In this document: piece by piece, positions 30,515 through 41,400 of the stretch
Numbering within the stretch: position 1 is the first letter of the stretch
Layout: the number at the start of each line of letters is the position of its first letter
DNA from: an uncultured virus (IMG/VR IMGVR_UViG_3300042691_032227)
Taxonomy: Duplodnaviria; Heunggongvirae; Uroviricota; Caudoviricetes
Strand: one strand, 5' to 3'
DNA: 64,000 nucleotides
IMG/VR virus record: IMGVR_UViG_3300042691_032227
Program-made: the position numbers and the translations under genes
Notes under the pieces: generated by a model
Databases searched by the model: none
Told to the model about the DNA's origin: nothing
The model's input: the letters and a program-made list of their open reading frames with translations, nothing else

Positions 30515-31339
30515 ATGAAAACCATAATCACGCTTACCACAATACCCACACGTTTAAATTCTACAACATATACGTCAGGTATTAAAGATTGTTTAAATTC
30601 ATTATTAAATCAAGAATTTGATGGCGATTACGAAATCCATTTAAACATACCAGATGAAAATCATAAAACCAAAGAAAAATATATTGTGCCTGATTGTCTT
30701 AAAAATTTAAGCATAACCAATCCTAAATTAAAGTTATTTTGTGGATTACAAGATTTGGGGACAATAACTAAGATTTTTTATACATTACATCGGGAAGACA
30801 ATCCAAATACTATAATAGTGGTATGTGATGATGATTTAATATATCATCCTTCGATGTTATCAGAACACGTTAAGAACCAATCTATATATGAAAATACTGC
30901 AATTGGTTATGATGGTATGAGGGCTGATAGAGAAACACCAGAAGACGTTTCAAAATTAAAAGGAGATGTAAGAGATCATTATGTCGTCTCGGTTGCTGAA
31001 AACATATATGTTAATGTATTGCAACACTATAAAACTGTTTCTTATAAAAGAAACTTTTTTAAAGATGATTTTTTTGAATTTTATAAAGAGGGAAGTTGGA
31101 ATGATGATATTATCGTTGCAGCATATTTAGGAAAACACAACATTCGAAAAATGGTGACTTTTTATGAAAACGAAGAAAAACTTCTATCGTTACAAGACTG
31201 GAGAGACAAAGGAGGGGTAACGACTTTTCCTGTACTTTCACACACAACACATGATATAAATGAAGGATGCAATTTATATCGTCAAGAACAAGCCGACGAT
31301 TCACACACTAATTTTTATAAAATGGGTTATTTAAAATGA
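30515..31339 (+). CDS. GT-A fold glycosyltransferase
   Basis: ITLTTIPTRL N-terminus, VCDDDLIY, NDDII motifs. Confidence 0.7.
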   Translation: MKTIITLTTIPTRLNSTTYTSGIKDCLNSLLNQEFDGDYEIHLNIPDENHKTKEKYIVPDCLKNLSITNPKLKLFCGLQDLGTITKIFYTLHREDNPNTIIVVCDDDLIYHPSMLSEHVKNQSIYENTAIGYDGMRADRETPEDVSKLKGDVRDHYVVSVAENIYVNVLQHYKTVSYKRNFFKDDFFEFYKEGSWNDDIIVAAYLGKHNIRKMVTFYENEEKLLSLQDWRDKGGVTTFPVLSHTTHDINEGCNLYRQEQADDSHTNFYKMGYLK

Positions 31340-33726
31340 ATATAATATCTGACACTTTACATTATATAGGTAAAAACTACAATGATACGTTTGTTTTGCA
31401 AATTGGAGCAATGGACGGTATAATTTTTGACGATACCCGTGGTTTTTTAGATATGTATCGATGGCCAGCATTATTAGTTGAACCGATTCCGTCTATTATG
31501 GAAGAGTTAAAAAAGAACTTTTCTTATGTAGATAATTATAAATACGAACAATCTGCTATATCCGATTTTGATGGAGAAACTGTAATGTTAACAATTCCAT
31601 CAGATGTTATTGAAAGAGAGAATTTACATACTGGATATAAAGGTATGAGTGCTTTGTATCCTTTAAGAAATGGATTTGGAAGTGATTATCAACGAGACGT
31701 AGATGTTAAATCCAAATTCGGAGTAGATATAAAAGTTAATACGTTAACATTAAAATCTTTAATAGATAAACATAACATATCAAAAATTGACGTTTTAATT
31801 TGTGATGCCGAAGGTTATGACTGGAAAATATTTCAACAATTAGATTTTAGTAAAATTCGTCCAAAATTTATAAGATTAGAATATATCAATCTTTCCGAAG
31901 AAGAGAAAAAATTAACAATTGAAAAATTTGAAAAAAATGGTTATGTGATTGAAATAGGTCAAAATATAGATGGCGTCGATAGACAAATTTACGAAAAAAT
32001 TAAAAACAATGTTAACACAGTCGGTAAAAGTAAAATATCTAAAGACTTAACCGTTGTTACAGGTCTTTGGAACATAAACAGAACAGGAAGATCGTTTGAT
32101 CATTATATTGAACATTTTAATAAGTTATTGGATATTGATGCAAATTTATTTATTTATTTGCCAAAAGAATTAGAACATTTGGTTTGGAAAAAAAGATCTC
32201 CACAAAACACTTACGTAAAAATATATGAGTTGAGTGATATAAAAAATATGTATAACCCATTTTGGGAAAAAACACAAAAAATAAGAACCGATCATAATTG
32301 GTTCAATATAGCAGGGTGGTTATCATCTTCTCCACAAGCATCTTTAGAATGGTATAATCCAATAGTACAATCAAAAATGTTTTTATTGAATGATGTTACC
32401 ATTTGGAATCCGTTTGATACAAAACATTTTATTTGGTTAGACGCAGGAATAACAAATACCGTATATGAAAAATATTTTACTGACAATAAGTGTTTGGATA
32501 AAATAATTCCTTATTTAGAATCATTTTTGTTTTTAAGTTATCCATATGAAGCTGATAAAGAAATACATGGATTTGATTACAACAAAATTAATCAGTATTG
32601 TGGTCAGAAAGTAAAATACGTTTGTAGGGGTGGGCTATTTGGTGGAAGTAAAGATGTTATTAATCAAGCAAACGCAATGTATTATTCGTTGTTAGATAGA
32701 AGTTTGAATGATGGTTGTATGGGTACAGAAGAGAGTATATTTACTATAATGTCTTATTTAGAGCCGGAGAAGTATAGAAGATATTCATTAGATTCAAATG
32801 GTTTAATTGTAAAATTTGTACAATCGCTTATTGATAATACGGTACAACTTGAAAAGATACCTAAAACAGCTAATGTTTATATTCCAAAAAAGTCAGTGGA
32901 TGTTGATAAGTTAAAATTATCAATATATATGTTAACATTTAACTTTCCACATCAAGTCGAACATACTATACAAACCTGGCTTAAACATCCAAAGTGGATA
33001 ACCAATACACGAAACATTTTGATTGATAATTCTACAAACGAAGAAGCTAGAATTGCAAATGCAGAATTGTGTAAAAAGTATAATTTTGAACATATCATAA
33101 ATAATCAAAATACAGGAATAAATGGTGGTAGATTTAAAGCAGCACAACACTTTCAAGAATCTGATAGTGATTATTATGTATTTTTGGAAGATGATATGGG
33201 TATACATGAACCCGGATCCGAAGTATGTCGTAATGGATTCACAACCTACGTACCAAATTTGTATGATAAAGTTTTAAAAATTATTGATGGAGACAACGAT
33301 GTAGATTTCTTAAAGTTTTCATACACAGAAGTATACATGGATAACAACATACAAGTTTCTTGGTACAATGTGCCTCAAACAGTAAGAAATGAAATCTGGC
33401 CTACTTACAGTAAATTACCAGTTACGGGACACGATCCTAACTGTCCTAGAACTAAGTTTGATACAATCGAAGTAGTTGACGGATTGAGTTATATCAAGGG
33501 TGAAGTATATTATGCAAATTGGCCAATGATAGTCGGTAAACGAGGAAATAAAAAGATGTTTTTAGATACCACATGGGCCCATCCATATGAACAAACGTGG
33601 ATGAGTCATATGTTTCAAGAAACAAGAAAAGGTAACTTAAAACCAGCTGTATTATTAGCAAGTCCTGTTAATCACAATAGAATTGCTTATTATAAACCCG
33701 AGGAAAGAAAAGAAAATGCTGGATAA
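31336..33726 (+). CDS. Fusion: FkbM methyltransferase + HtrL/YibB-like + GT2-like domains
   Basis: QIGAMDG/LVEP/ICDAEGYD (FkbM); TVVTGLWNI..IWLDAG..GGLFGG (HtrL-like); IDNS..FLEDD (GT-A). Confidence 0.72.
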   Translation: MNIISDTLHYIGKNYNDTFVLQIGAMDGIIFDDTRGFLDMYRWPALLVEPIPSIMEELKKNFSYVDNYKYEQSAISDFDGETVMLTIPSDVIERENLHTGYKGMSALYPLRNGFGSDYQRDVDVKSKFGVDIKVNTLTLKSLIDKHNISKIDVLICDAEGYDWKIFQQLDFSKIRPKFIRLEYINLSEEEKKLTIEKFEKNGYVIEIGQNIDGVDRQIYEKIKNNVNTVGKSKISKDLTVVTGLWNINRTGRSFDHYIEHFNKLLDIDANLFIYLPKELEHLVWKKRSPQNTYVKIYELSDIKNMYNPFWEKTQKIRTDHNWFNIAGWLSSSPQASLEWYNPIVQSKMFLLNDVTIWNPFDTKHFIWLDAGITNTVYEKYFTDNKCLDKIIPYLESFLFLSYPYEADKEIHGFDYNKINQYCGQKVKYVCRGGLFGGSKDVINQANAMYYSLLDRSLNDGCMGTEESIFTIMSYLEPEKYRRYSLDSNGLIVKFVQSLIDNTVQLEKIPKTANVYIPKKSVDVDKLKLSIYMLTFNFPHQVEHTIQTWLKHPKWITNTRNILIDNSTNEEARIANAELCKKYNFEHIINNQNTGINGGRFKAAQHFQESDSDYYVFLEDDMGIHEPGSEVCRNGFTTYVPNLYDKVLKIIDGDNDVDFLKFSYTEVYMDNNIQVSWYNVPQTVRNEIWPTYSKLPVTGHDPNCPRTKFDTIEVVDGLSYIKGEVYYANWPMIVGKRGNKKMFLDTTWAHPYEQTWMSHMFQETRKGNLKPAVLLASPVNHNRIAYYKPEERKENAG

Positions 33727-33756
33727 TTATGGCAAATTTGAATATTTATATACATA

Positions 33757-36399
33757 ATGTCCAATTTACAAAACATATATAATCAAAATTATGGTACTAT
33801 AGTCTGTACCAACGGCGATTATGTTGCTATAGGCAATCCAATTGATCAAGACTATGACAGTTGTGAGGGATTTGGCAAAATAGGACAGGTATTGTTGTAT
33901 AAAAAAGACAATTATTTAAATCAATATAGATTGTCTAATATTCTTACCAATAAAACTTTTGCGCAAAATGGTACGTTGTTTACGTATTATACTGAACAAA
34001 GTAGTAGTACTTCATTTACAGCATCATTTACAAAAGATGACGGTGGGGTTAATAGTGTTAATACAACATGTAGTTATTTAGTAACCGAAGTAGGTACTGA
34101 AGACATATATCAATCTAAATACGGATATGCTGTAGATTTATCTACCTATTTCATGGCGGTTGGCGATTATGGTTCAATTAATAGTTACTATCCTGGGTTA
34201 ACAGCATCAAAAGCTACCATATCTATATATGAAATAAATCCAAATTATGTATATGATCTTACTTCAAGTGTAACGGCTGTAGAAACTACTGATTATCAAA
34301 GTTTGGAAACTTATAATGTAAGTAATATTCCAATATGTGTAATTACAGGTTCACAAATTGATCAGTTTGGAAGATGTGTAAGTATTTCAAATAACTATTT
34401 AGCAGTTGGTGCGCCTACATACAACGGTGGTAGAGGTGCTGTCTATTTATATAAATATTCCGATGCAGATTGTATATATTCGCTTCAAAAAATTCTAAGT
34501 TGTAGTATAAACGATTACCCTCTTCAAACTGGATTTGGATTCTCTATCTCTATTGACAAGAAAAATGAAAATATCTTGGTGGTGGGTAGTAATCAAGTAT
34601 CTCATTCAAATGTATATTTATATCAAACTTCATCAAATGGATGGAATTTAAATCAAGTTTTTAGTCAAAACACAAGTTCACAATATTATAAATTAGAGAA
34701 TTCTACGTTTGAATTGTTTCCAAGTGGAAGTCAAACTAAAACTAGATTTGGTTATTCGGTATCACTATATGATAGGATTTTAGCAATAGGTGCTCCAAAT
34801 GACTTGGTTTATTGGGAATATTCCGGATCAAATGTATTACGTCAACGAGGCAGTGTTTATCTATATGAAAACGGTCAATGCGACGCTGATGTAAATTGTG
34901 GATTTCAATTATTGACTAAATTATACGGAGATGACGTAACTTTCAAAGATAATCTATTTGGATTTTCGGTTTCGGTTTACAACAATAAAGTGTTAATAGG
35001 ATCACCTAAGCCATATTTTCCATTTAGTTCGTTGTTTATTTCTAGTTCAATTAATTATTACGATTTAACATTTGATCAATATGATTACGGTGAATCTACA
35101 TACAGTGGACAAAGTTTACTTTATTATGTATCAAAGTCTTTAATTACTCAACTAACTACCGATCCGATTTCAAAACGTAAAGAAATAGGTAAGCCATTTA
35201 ATGCATTTGGTTATAGTGTATCTGTATCAGATCAAAATGTTGTGATAGGAGCTCCTATTCCGCTTAATGATGATTTTAGATTATCCGGAATATTAATTAC
35301 CGAATCGGGCAGTAGAAGTGATTTATCGTATTTACTTACATCGTCATATCAAAGTGAAGATTGTACAGTGACTTCAAGTTTTGTATATTTTCAGATGGAA
35401 GATTGTATAAGTTGTGGTCCAACTGAACCCGTTAGTGGCCCTGAAGATTGTTATTGTTATTGTAAAAAATGTAACAATTTGGTGGTATTTGTTGAAGAAC
35501 AAGGCGATGTTAAAGATGCATCCGAATTGATTTTGGGTAAATCTTACATTTATAATTTAACAGACTTACAAAAAGACTACAATGTTGGTAATGTGTTCTA
35601 CAACACTAACACAATCGTTATCAATAATACCGGCAGTGTATTGAAAAATTTAACTTTGGATCCTACAAATTATGAAAACACATATTTGTATATGGAATAT
35701 CAAAGTCAAATTTCTTTACACGAAAAACAATATATTTGTACAGTTGAACCCGGAGAATTTAACGTTTCAACCAATCCTACGGCAATAACATCTTCAATGT
35801 TTGATTATGGAGTAATAAATACACAAACGTTTGACTTTAATAATCTTGATATCATTTTAAGATATATTAATTATAGAATTTCTGTAGACGGGTCTGAAAA
35901 ATGGTGGAACAATTTTATAAGCGGAGATGTGGAAGAATCCATATTTACTTTCTATACATCATCGTTTTATGATTATGAACAAAATAGATTAACCGAAGCT
36001 TTGAAGTATAAATGCAGTACCTTAGATTTTGACGTTAACGGCGACGGTATAGCTAATAGTCAAGATGGTTCTGCTATATGGAAGTATTTCATTCAAGACT
36101 TTACCATCAATAATTATCAAAATTATATCAATCAAAGATCTAAACGAAAGAACTATGATGATATGGTTTCTTTCTTAAATAAGAAAACAGGTAAATTTAA
36201 TAGTGGTTTAATAAAGAACGATTTCTTTGGATATAGTATAAGTTCATCATTTGATCCAACAGGTTCATACCTAGCACCATATATAACTACTGTAGGCCTA
36301 TATAGTGGTGCTGATTTGGTTGCGATGGCTAAATTAGCAGCGCCTATTAAAAATACAGGTGAGATTCCTATTAATATTGTTGTTAAATGGGACACTTAA
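33757..36399 (+). CDS. Virion structural protein with FG-GAP-like beta-propeller and EF-hand/dockerin-like motif
   Basis: Repeated FG(Y/F)SVS..L.IGAP..G.VYLY blades; DVNGDGIANSQD; C-terminal YITTVGLY..AKLAAP like ORF 22464. Confidence 0.75.
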   Translation: MSNLQNIYNQNYGTIVCTNGDYVAIGNPIDQDYDSCEGFGKIGQVLLYKKDNYLNQYRLSNILTNKTFAQNGTLFTYYTEQSSSTSFTASFTKDDGGVNSVNTTCSYLVTEVGTEDIYQSKYGYAVDLSTYFMAVGDYGSINSYYPGLTASKATISIYEINPNYVYDLTSSVTAVETTDYQSLETYNVSNIPICVITGSQIDQFGRCVSISNNYLAVGAPTYNGGRGAVYLYKYSDADCIYSLQKILSCSINDYPLQTGFGFSISIDKKNENILVVGSNQVSHSNVYLYQTSSNGWNLNQVFSQNTSSQYYKLENSTFELFPSGSQTKTRFGYSVSLYDRILAIGAPNDLVYWEYSGSNVLRQRGSVYLYENGQCDADVNCGFQLLTKLYGDDVTFKDNLFGFSVSVYNNKVLIGSPKPYFPFSSLFISSSINYYDLTFDQYDYGESTYSGQSLLYYVSKSLITQLTTDPISKRKEIGKPFNAFGYSVSVSDQNVVIGAPIPLNDDFRLSGILITESGSRSDLSYLLTSSYQSEDCTVTSSFVYFQMEDCISCGPTEPVSGPEDCYCYCKKCNNLVVFVEEQGDVKDASELILGKSYIYNLTDLQKDYNVGNVFYNTNTIVINNTGSVLKNLTLDPTNYENTYLYMEYQSQISLHEKQYICTVEPGEFNVSTNPTAITSSMFDYGVINTQTFDFNNLDIILRYINYRISVDGSEKWWNNFISGDVEESIFTFYTSSFYDYEQNRLTEALKYKCSTLDFDVNGDGIANSQDGSAIWKYFIQDFTINNYQNYINQRSKRKNYDDMVSFLNKKTGKFNSGLIKNDFFGYSISSSFDPTGSYLAPYITTVGLYSGADLVAMAKLAAPIKNTGEIPINIVVKWDT

Positions 36400-36425
36400 T
36401 TATATTTATTATAAAATAGACATTT

Positions 36426-36920
36426 ATGGCAACCATAGCTTCAGATACTTCAAAAATAAACCGTACATCTTTATCTAAAGGAATAGGGGATCTTTATCTT
36501 TCTAAGGCTCCTGCTGGTGGAGCATTTTCAGCATATGATGCTGGAAACAATACTATGATTAAAGGTGTAACTGCTCCGTATGGTTTTACACAAAAGTCAA
36601 GAGATTATACAGTCGAACCGGGTTTTAAAGTTGGAGTTAATACTGGCACTGAAAATTTTAACGGTAAAGCTTTAAATTATAGTGACAATACAGCCAACGG
36701 GCCTGTTTTAAAGTCAGGCGTAAATAAGATTTCTACAAATTGGAATGGTGGAGCTTCATTACAAGATGCTCTATATACTAAAGATCCTGGTTTTAGACTA
36801 AAAACTCCTATTGGTGCAAGTCAATTTAAAGATGTATCTGGACAAAGAAGTTTGGAACTTTCAAGGTACGTTAAAGGTTTTAATAGTAACAAATATATTA
36901 ACGGTTCATTTACTCGTTAA
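36426..36920 (+). CDS. Hypothetical protein
   Basis: 164-aa Gly/Ser-rich ORF after TATTTATT. Confidence 0.7.
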   Translation: MATIASDTSKINRTSLSKGIGDLYLSKAPAGGAFSAYDAGNNTMIKGVTAPYGFTQKSRDYTVEPGFKVGVNTGTENFNGKALNYSDNTANGPVLKSGVNKISTNWNGGASLQDALYTKDPGFRLKTPIGASQFKDVSGQRSLELSRYVKGFNSNKYINGSFTR

Positions 36921-36932
36921 TATATATTCTAA

Positions 36933-37442
36933 ATGGTTATATTAGGATTAGACTCATCTACATCTACAACTGGTTGGTCTTTCTGTGAAAATGGAAAGAT
37001 TCTTTCTGCTGGTTTTATAGATACAAAAAAATTAGAAACTACTAAAGAGAAAACGTTTCATGTTATATCTTGTTTGGAAAAAACCAAGGAGATTAAAAGA
37101 GTCGATGAAATTAATCTTGAGGCAGCATTAAGTGGATTTGCCGGTGGGTTTACCAGTCAACAAGTTATTATAACTTTGGCTAGACACAACGCTGTATTCG
37201 CTTATATCATTGAAGAACATTTTAAAAAGAAAGTTAACTTATTGTCGGTTAACACAATGAGAAAACAATTATTTGGTAAATGTAGAATCAAAGGAGTAAA
37301 GTCCAAAGACTTTGTTAAACAAGAGTTGGAATCTTTGATACCTGACATAGTTAATTTTACAGTTAAGAATAAAAAAGGCAACTGGGATGAACGTAACGGT
37401 GATATGTATGATGCTATAGTAGCCGGCTTATATAAAAATTAA
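36933..37442 (+). CDS. RuvC-like Holliday junction resolvase
   Basis: ILGLDSSTSTTGWS, central NLEAA, C-terminal DMYDAIVAG acidic triad pattern. Confidence 0.8.
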   Translation: MVILGLDSSTSTTGWSFCENGKILSAGFIDTKKLETTKEKTFHVISCLEKTKEIKRVDEINLEAALSGFAGGFTSQQVIITLARHNAVFAYIIEEHFKKKVNLLSVNTMRKQLFGKCRIKGVKSKDFVKQELESLIPDIVNFTVKNKKGNWDERNGDMYDAIVAGLYKN

Positions 37443-37447
37443 AGTGC

Positions 37448-37476
37448 TTGATTTAATTTAAATGTTTTGATATACT
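37448..37476 (+). promoter_or_regulatory. Sigma70-type extended -10 promoter of the primase operon
   Basis: TTGATT-N17-TATACT with TGn before the -10; ATG lies 7 nt downstream. Confidence 0.55.
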
Positions 37477-37483
37477 ATAGTAA

Positions 37484-38401
37484 ATGACTAATGGTTCTGT
37501 TATAGAAACACTTTCAAAACTGTTTAAGCAAAAGCCTCATATACAAAAAGGTGGGGATGAAATATTAGTTTTTTGTCCGAGTTGTAAGCATCACAAACGA
37601 AAATTAAATATTAACACTACAACTGGTTATTATCAGTGTTGGGTATGTGGTTTTAGTGGTAAAAGCTTTACATCTTTGTTAAAGAAGGTAAAGGCACCCG
37701 CAGAATTTTATAAGGTATTGTGTAAGGATAATGTTAAAATAACTTATACAATTGAAGAAGATAAAAAAGAACTGATTTTACCAGAGGAATTTAAACCGTT
37801 GTGTAAACCAAACAAAGACTTTGCTTACAAACATGCTTTGAATTATTGTTTACAACGTAATCTTACAATTCATGAAATTGTTAGATACAACATTGGATAT
37901 TGTTCTGAAGGCAATTTTGCTAATAGAGTAATTATTCCATCATACGACAAAGATGGAAAACTAAACTTTTATTGTGGTAGAGATTTTTGTGGTGGTAAAC
38001 TTAAATATAGATTGTGTGACGGTAGTAAAGATATAATCGGATTTGAATTATTTACAGATTTTAATCAACCAATTACAGTTGTAGAGGGTCCATTTGACGC
38101 TTTATCTGTAAAGTACAACGTTGTACCGTTATTTGGTAAAACACTATCAAAGAAACTAAAAATAAAGTTGATGACGAATAAACCTCCGAGAGTAAATGTT
38201 CTTTTGGACAATGATGCATTATCTTCAAGTATTAAAATTTGTGAATTCTTAGTAAGTAATAATATAGAAACACACTTGGTATTGTTGGATGGCAAAGATC
38301 CAAATGAAATCGGTCACGAAAAAACTTGGCAAACCATCAGCAACAGTGTTAGAATGGATGAAAGTCTATTGTACAGATATAAGTTAACAAATAAATTATG
38401 A
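37484..38401 (+). CDS. DNA primase (zinc finger + TOPRIM)
   Basis: CPSC..CWVC zinc-binding region, RVIIPSYD, VVEGPFDA, LDND, KDPNE. Confidence 0.88.
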   Translation: MTNGSVIETLSKLFKQKPHIQKGGDEILVFCPSCKHHKRKLNINTTTGYYQCWVCGFSGKSFTSLLKKVKAPAEFYKVLCKDNVKITYTIEEDKKELILPEEFKPLCKPNKDFAYKHALNYCLQRNLTIHEIVRYNIGYCSEGNFANRVIIPSYDKDGKLNFYCGRDFCGGKLKYRLCDGSKDIIGFELFTDFNQPITVVEGPFDALSVKYNVVPLFGKTLSKKLKIKLMTNKPPRVNVLLDNDALSSSIKICEFLVSNNIETHLVLLDGKDPNEIGHEKTWQTISNSVRMDESLLYRYKLTNKL

Positions 38402-41400
38402 TTGTATTAAAAAATACAGATGAAAAAATCAATTGCATAATGCATATTGCAGACATTCATATTCGTCTTACACAAAGACACGATGAATATAAGTCAGTTT
38501 TTCAAAAGTTTTATGCAGCTCTTGATAAAGCAAAAACACTAAATGCAGTATTAGTAGTTGCGGGTGATATTTTTCATAATAAATCTGACTTAAGTCCGGA
38601 ATGTGTAAAAATCGGAAGTGAATTTCTAAAAAATTGCGCTGATCGTGTTCCTACAATTCTCACTGCGGGAAATCATGACGCTACATTAGCTAATAAGTCT
38701 AGATTAGATTGTTTAACTCCAATCGTAGACAGTTTAAATCATTCAAATCTTTATTACTTAAAGGCAAGTGATGTATTTAGGTATGAAAATATCTTGTTTA
38801 ATAATTTCAGCGTATTTGATAGTCCTGAAAAATACGTAAAATTAGATGATGTACCCGCAAAGTATCTGGTTGGTACAGATCATCACATTGCACTGTTTCA
38901 CGGACCCGTAAATAATGCTGTTACTGATATTGGATATACTGTAAGCAATCGTGCTATTACAAATGAACTATTTGACGGTCACCATATTGCAATGTTAGGT
39001 GACATTCACAAGCACCAAGTTCTACAAGAATATGATGAAAAGGAAAATAAACCAGTAATTGTATACGCAGGTTCTATGATTCAACAAAATCATGGTGAAG
39101 AACTTAAAGGTCATGGATTTTTGATGTGGGACTTAAAACGTAAAGTATATAAACACTATGAGTTATCAAATGATCACGGTTTTTATACAGTTGAAATCAA
39201 TAAAGGCAAGCTAGTAACGGATATTTCATCAATTCCAAAGAAGGCTACATTAAGAGTAATCTGTAGGGAATCTATACCCTCACAGGTAAAGGAAATTGTA
39301 AGTGAAATTAAAGAGAAATGTACTTTAGTTGAAACTACATATGTTCGTGGTGATGAACTTTCTAATGATTTGACTTTAAAGTCTGGTCAGATATTTGACA
39401 TACACAACATTTTTAATGTCGATTATCAAAATAAACTTATTGAAGATAATCTCGTATCTAAAAATTTGGGTAAGGATATTATAGAAAAAGTTAAAGAGTT
39501 AAATAAAACTCTGAATAAAGAAATACCCAAGGATAAAGCACCAAAGAACATTCGATGGAAGCCAAAGATGTTTGAGTTTGATAATATGTTTAGTTATGGT
39601 GAGGGTAACATAATTGATTTCACAAAACTAAAAGGTACTATCGGATTATTTGCACCAAATGCAAGTGGTAAATCAAGTATCATGGATGCACTTGCGTTTT
39701 GTGTATTTGATAAGTTTAGTAAAGGATTCAAAGCATCACACGTTTTAAATACTCAAAAGATGAGTTTTCGTTGTAAATTCAACTTTGAGGTAAATGGAGT
39801 CGATTACTTTATTGAACGTGACGGTAAAGCCGATAAAAAAGGAAATGTTAAGGTTGATGTTAAGTTCTATAAAATAGAAAACGGCAATGAAGTACCATTA
39901 AACGGAGAAGCTCGTAGAAGCACGAATGATATAATCAGAGATTACGTAGGTACGTATGAAGACTTTATTTTAACAGTTCTTAGTATACAGAATAGTAAGG
40001 CTGGATCTTTTATCGATCTAGGTCAAACTGAACGTAAGGATTTATTGTGCCAATTTATGGGATTGACCGTATTTGATCAATTGTACAATTTGGCAAATGA
40101 CAAGTTTAAAGAAACAAATACACTTTTAAAGAATGTAAGCAAAGAACAGTTACTTCAAGAGTTACAAAATGTATCTGGTAGTATTGATATTAATAATTCA
40201 AGTATTACACAATATAATTTAGAAGTAAAAGAGTTGGAATCTAAAAAAGACGAACAAAATAACAAGTTGTTGGAGCTATCAAATAACGTTGTTAAGACCT
40301 CTTCATTTGATATTGATATCACAGAACTAGAATCAGAAAAGAAAGATTTGGAATCTAAAGTTAGTAACTTTGAAAAAGATATTAATGATAAAAAGACTAA
40401 GTTTTTGTCGATTGAATCCGAATTAAATAATTTATCTTCGTCATTAAAAAGTTGTGATAATATCGAAACTGATTATGAACAATATAAAATTTGCAAAGAC
40501 GAAGAATCCAAAAAGTCTTCTGAAATTGATAAGCTTAAAGTAGTCGTTAAAAATAAAATCGACAAGTTAAAAAAATTAGAAGAACATAAGTACGATCCTA
40601 ATTGTACATATTGTGTAAATAACGTTTTTGTAAAAGATGCTATTAAGACCAAAGAAGAATTGGAACTTGATAAAAACAAAGGAAAATTGTTGGTAGAAGA
40701 GTATAATATCATAAAGAATAGATTGGATTCATTTGGTGATATAGAAACCCGTTATAAAGAATGCCAGAGCGTTAATAACAATAAAGTTAAATTAGAGAAG
40801 ACCAAAGAAGTTTTATCTACAGCAATATTACGTGACGAAAATTTCAAGATTAAACTACAAAACACTTTAAAAGAGGTAGTTCAAAAGATTGAAAATTTTT
40901 ATAAAAATAAAGATATTATTGAAAATAACATCAAGCTGATTGCAGAAATTAATGATGTGAAATCTTTGATTAAGGATTGTGAAGTTCAGATTAAATCGTT
41001 GAATAATAAATTGTTTAATACTTCTACTGAAAAGGGACGACTTGAATTGCAGTATAAAAATACAACCGATCAGCTTAACAAGGTTAAAGAGCTTGAAGAT
41101 TCGTATGAGTCTTATAAACTATATACCAATGTTATCAGCCGAGATGGTATTCCATATGAGATTATTACCAAGACTTTGCCTGAAATTGAGAAGGAAGTTA
41201 ACAACATTCTTCATCAATTGGTGGAATTTAGTGTATCTATGCAAACAGATGGTAAAAACATCAGTACAAATATTGTTTATGATGATAGACAATGGCCACT
41301 TGAAATGGCTAGTGGTATGGAGAAGTTTGTAAGTGGATTGGCAATAAGAGTTGCATTGATCAACATTAGTAACTTACCAAGACCAAATATCATTTGTATT

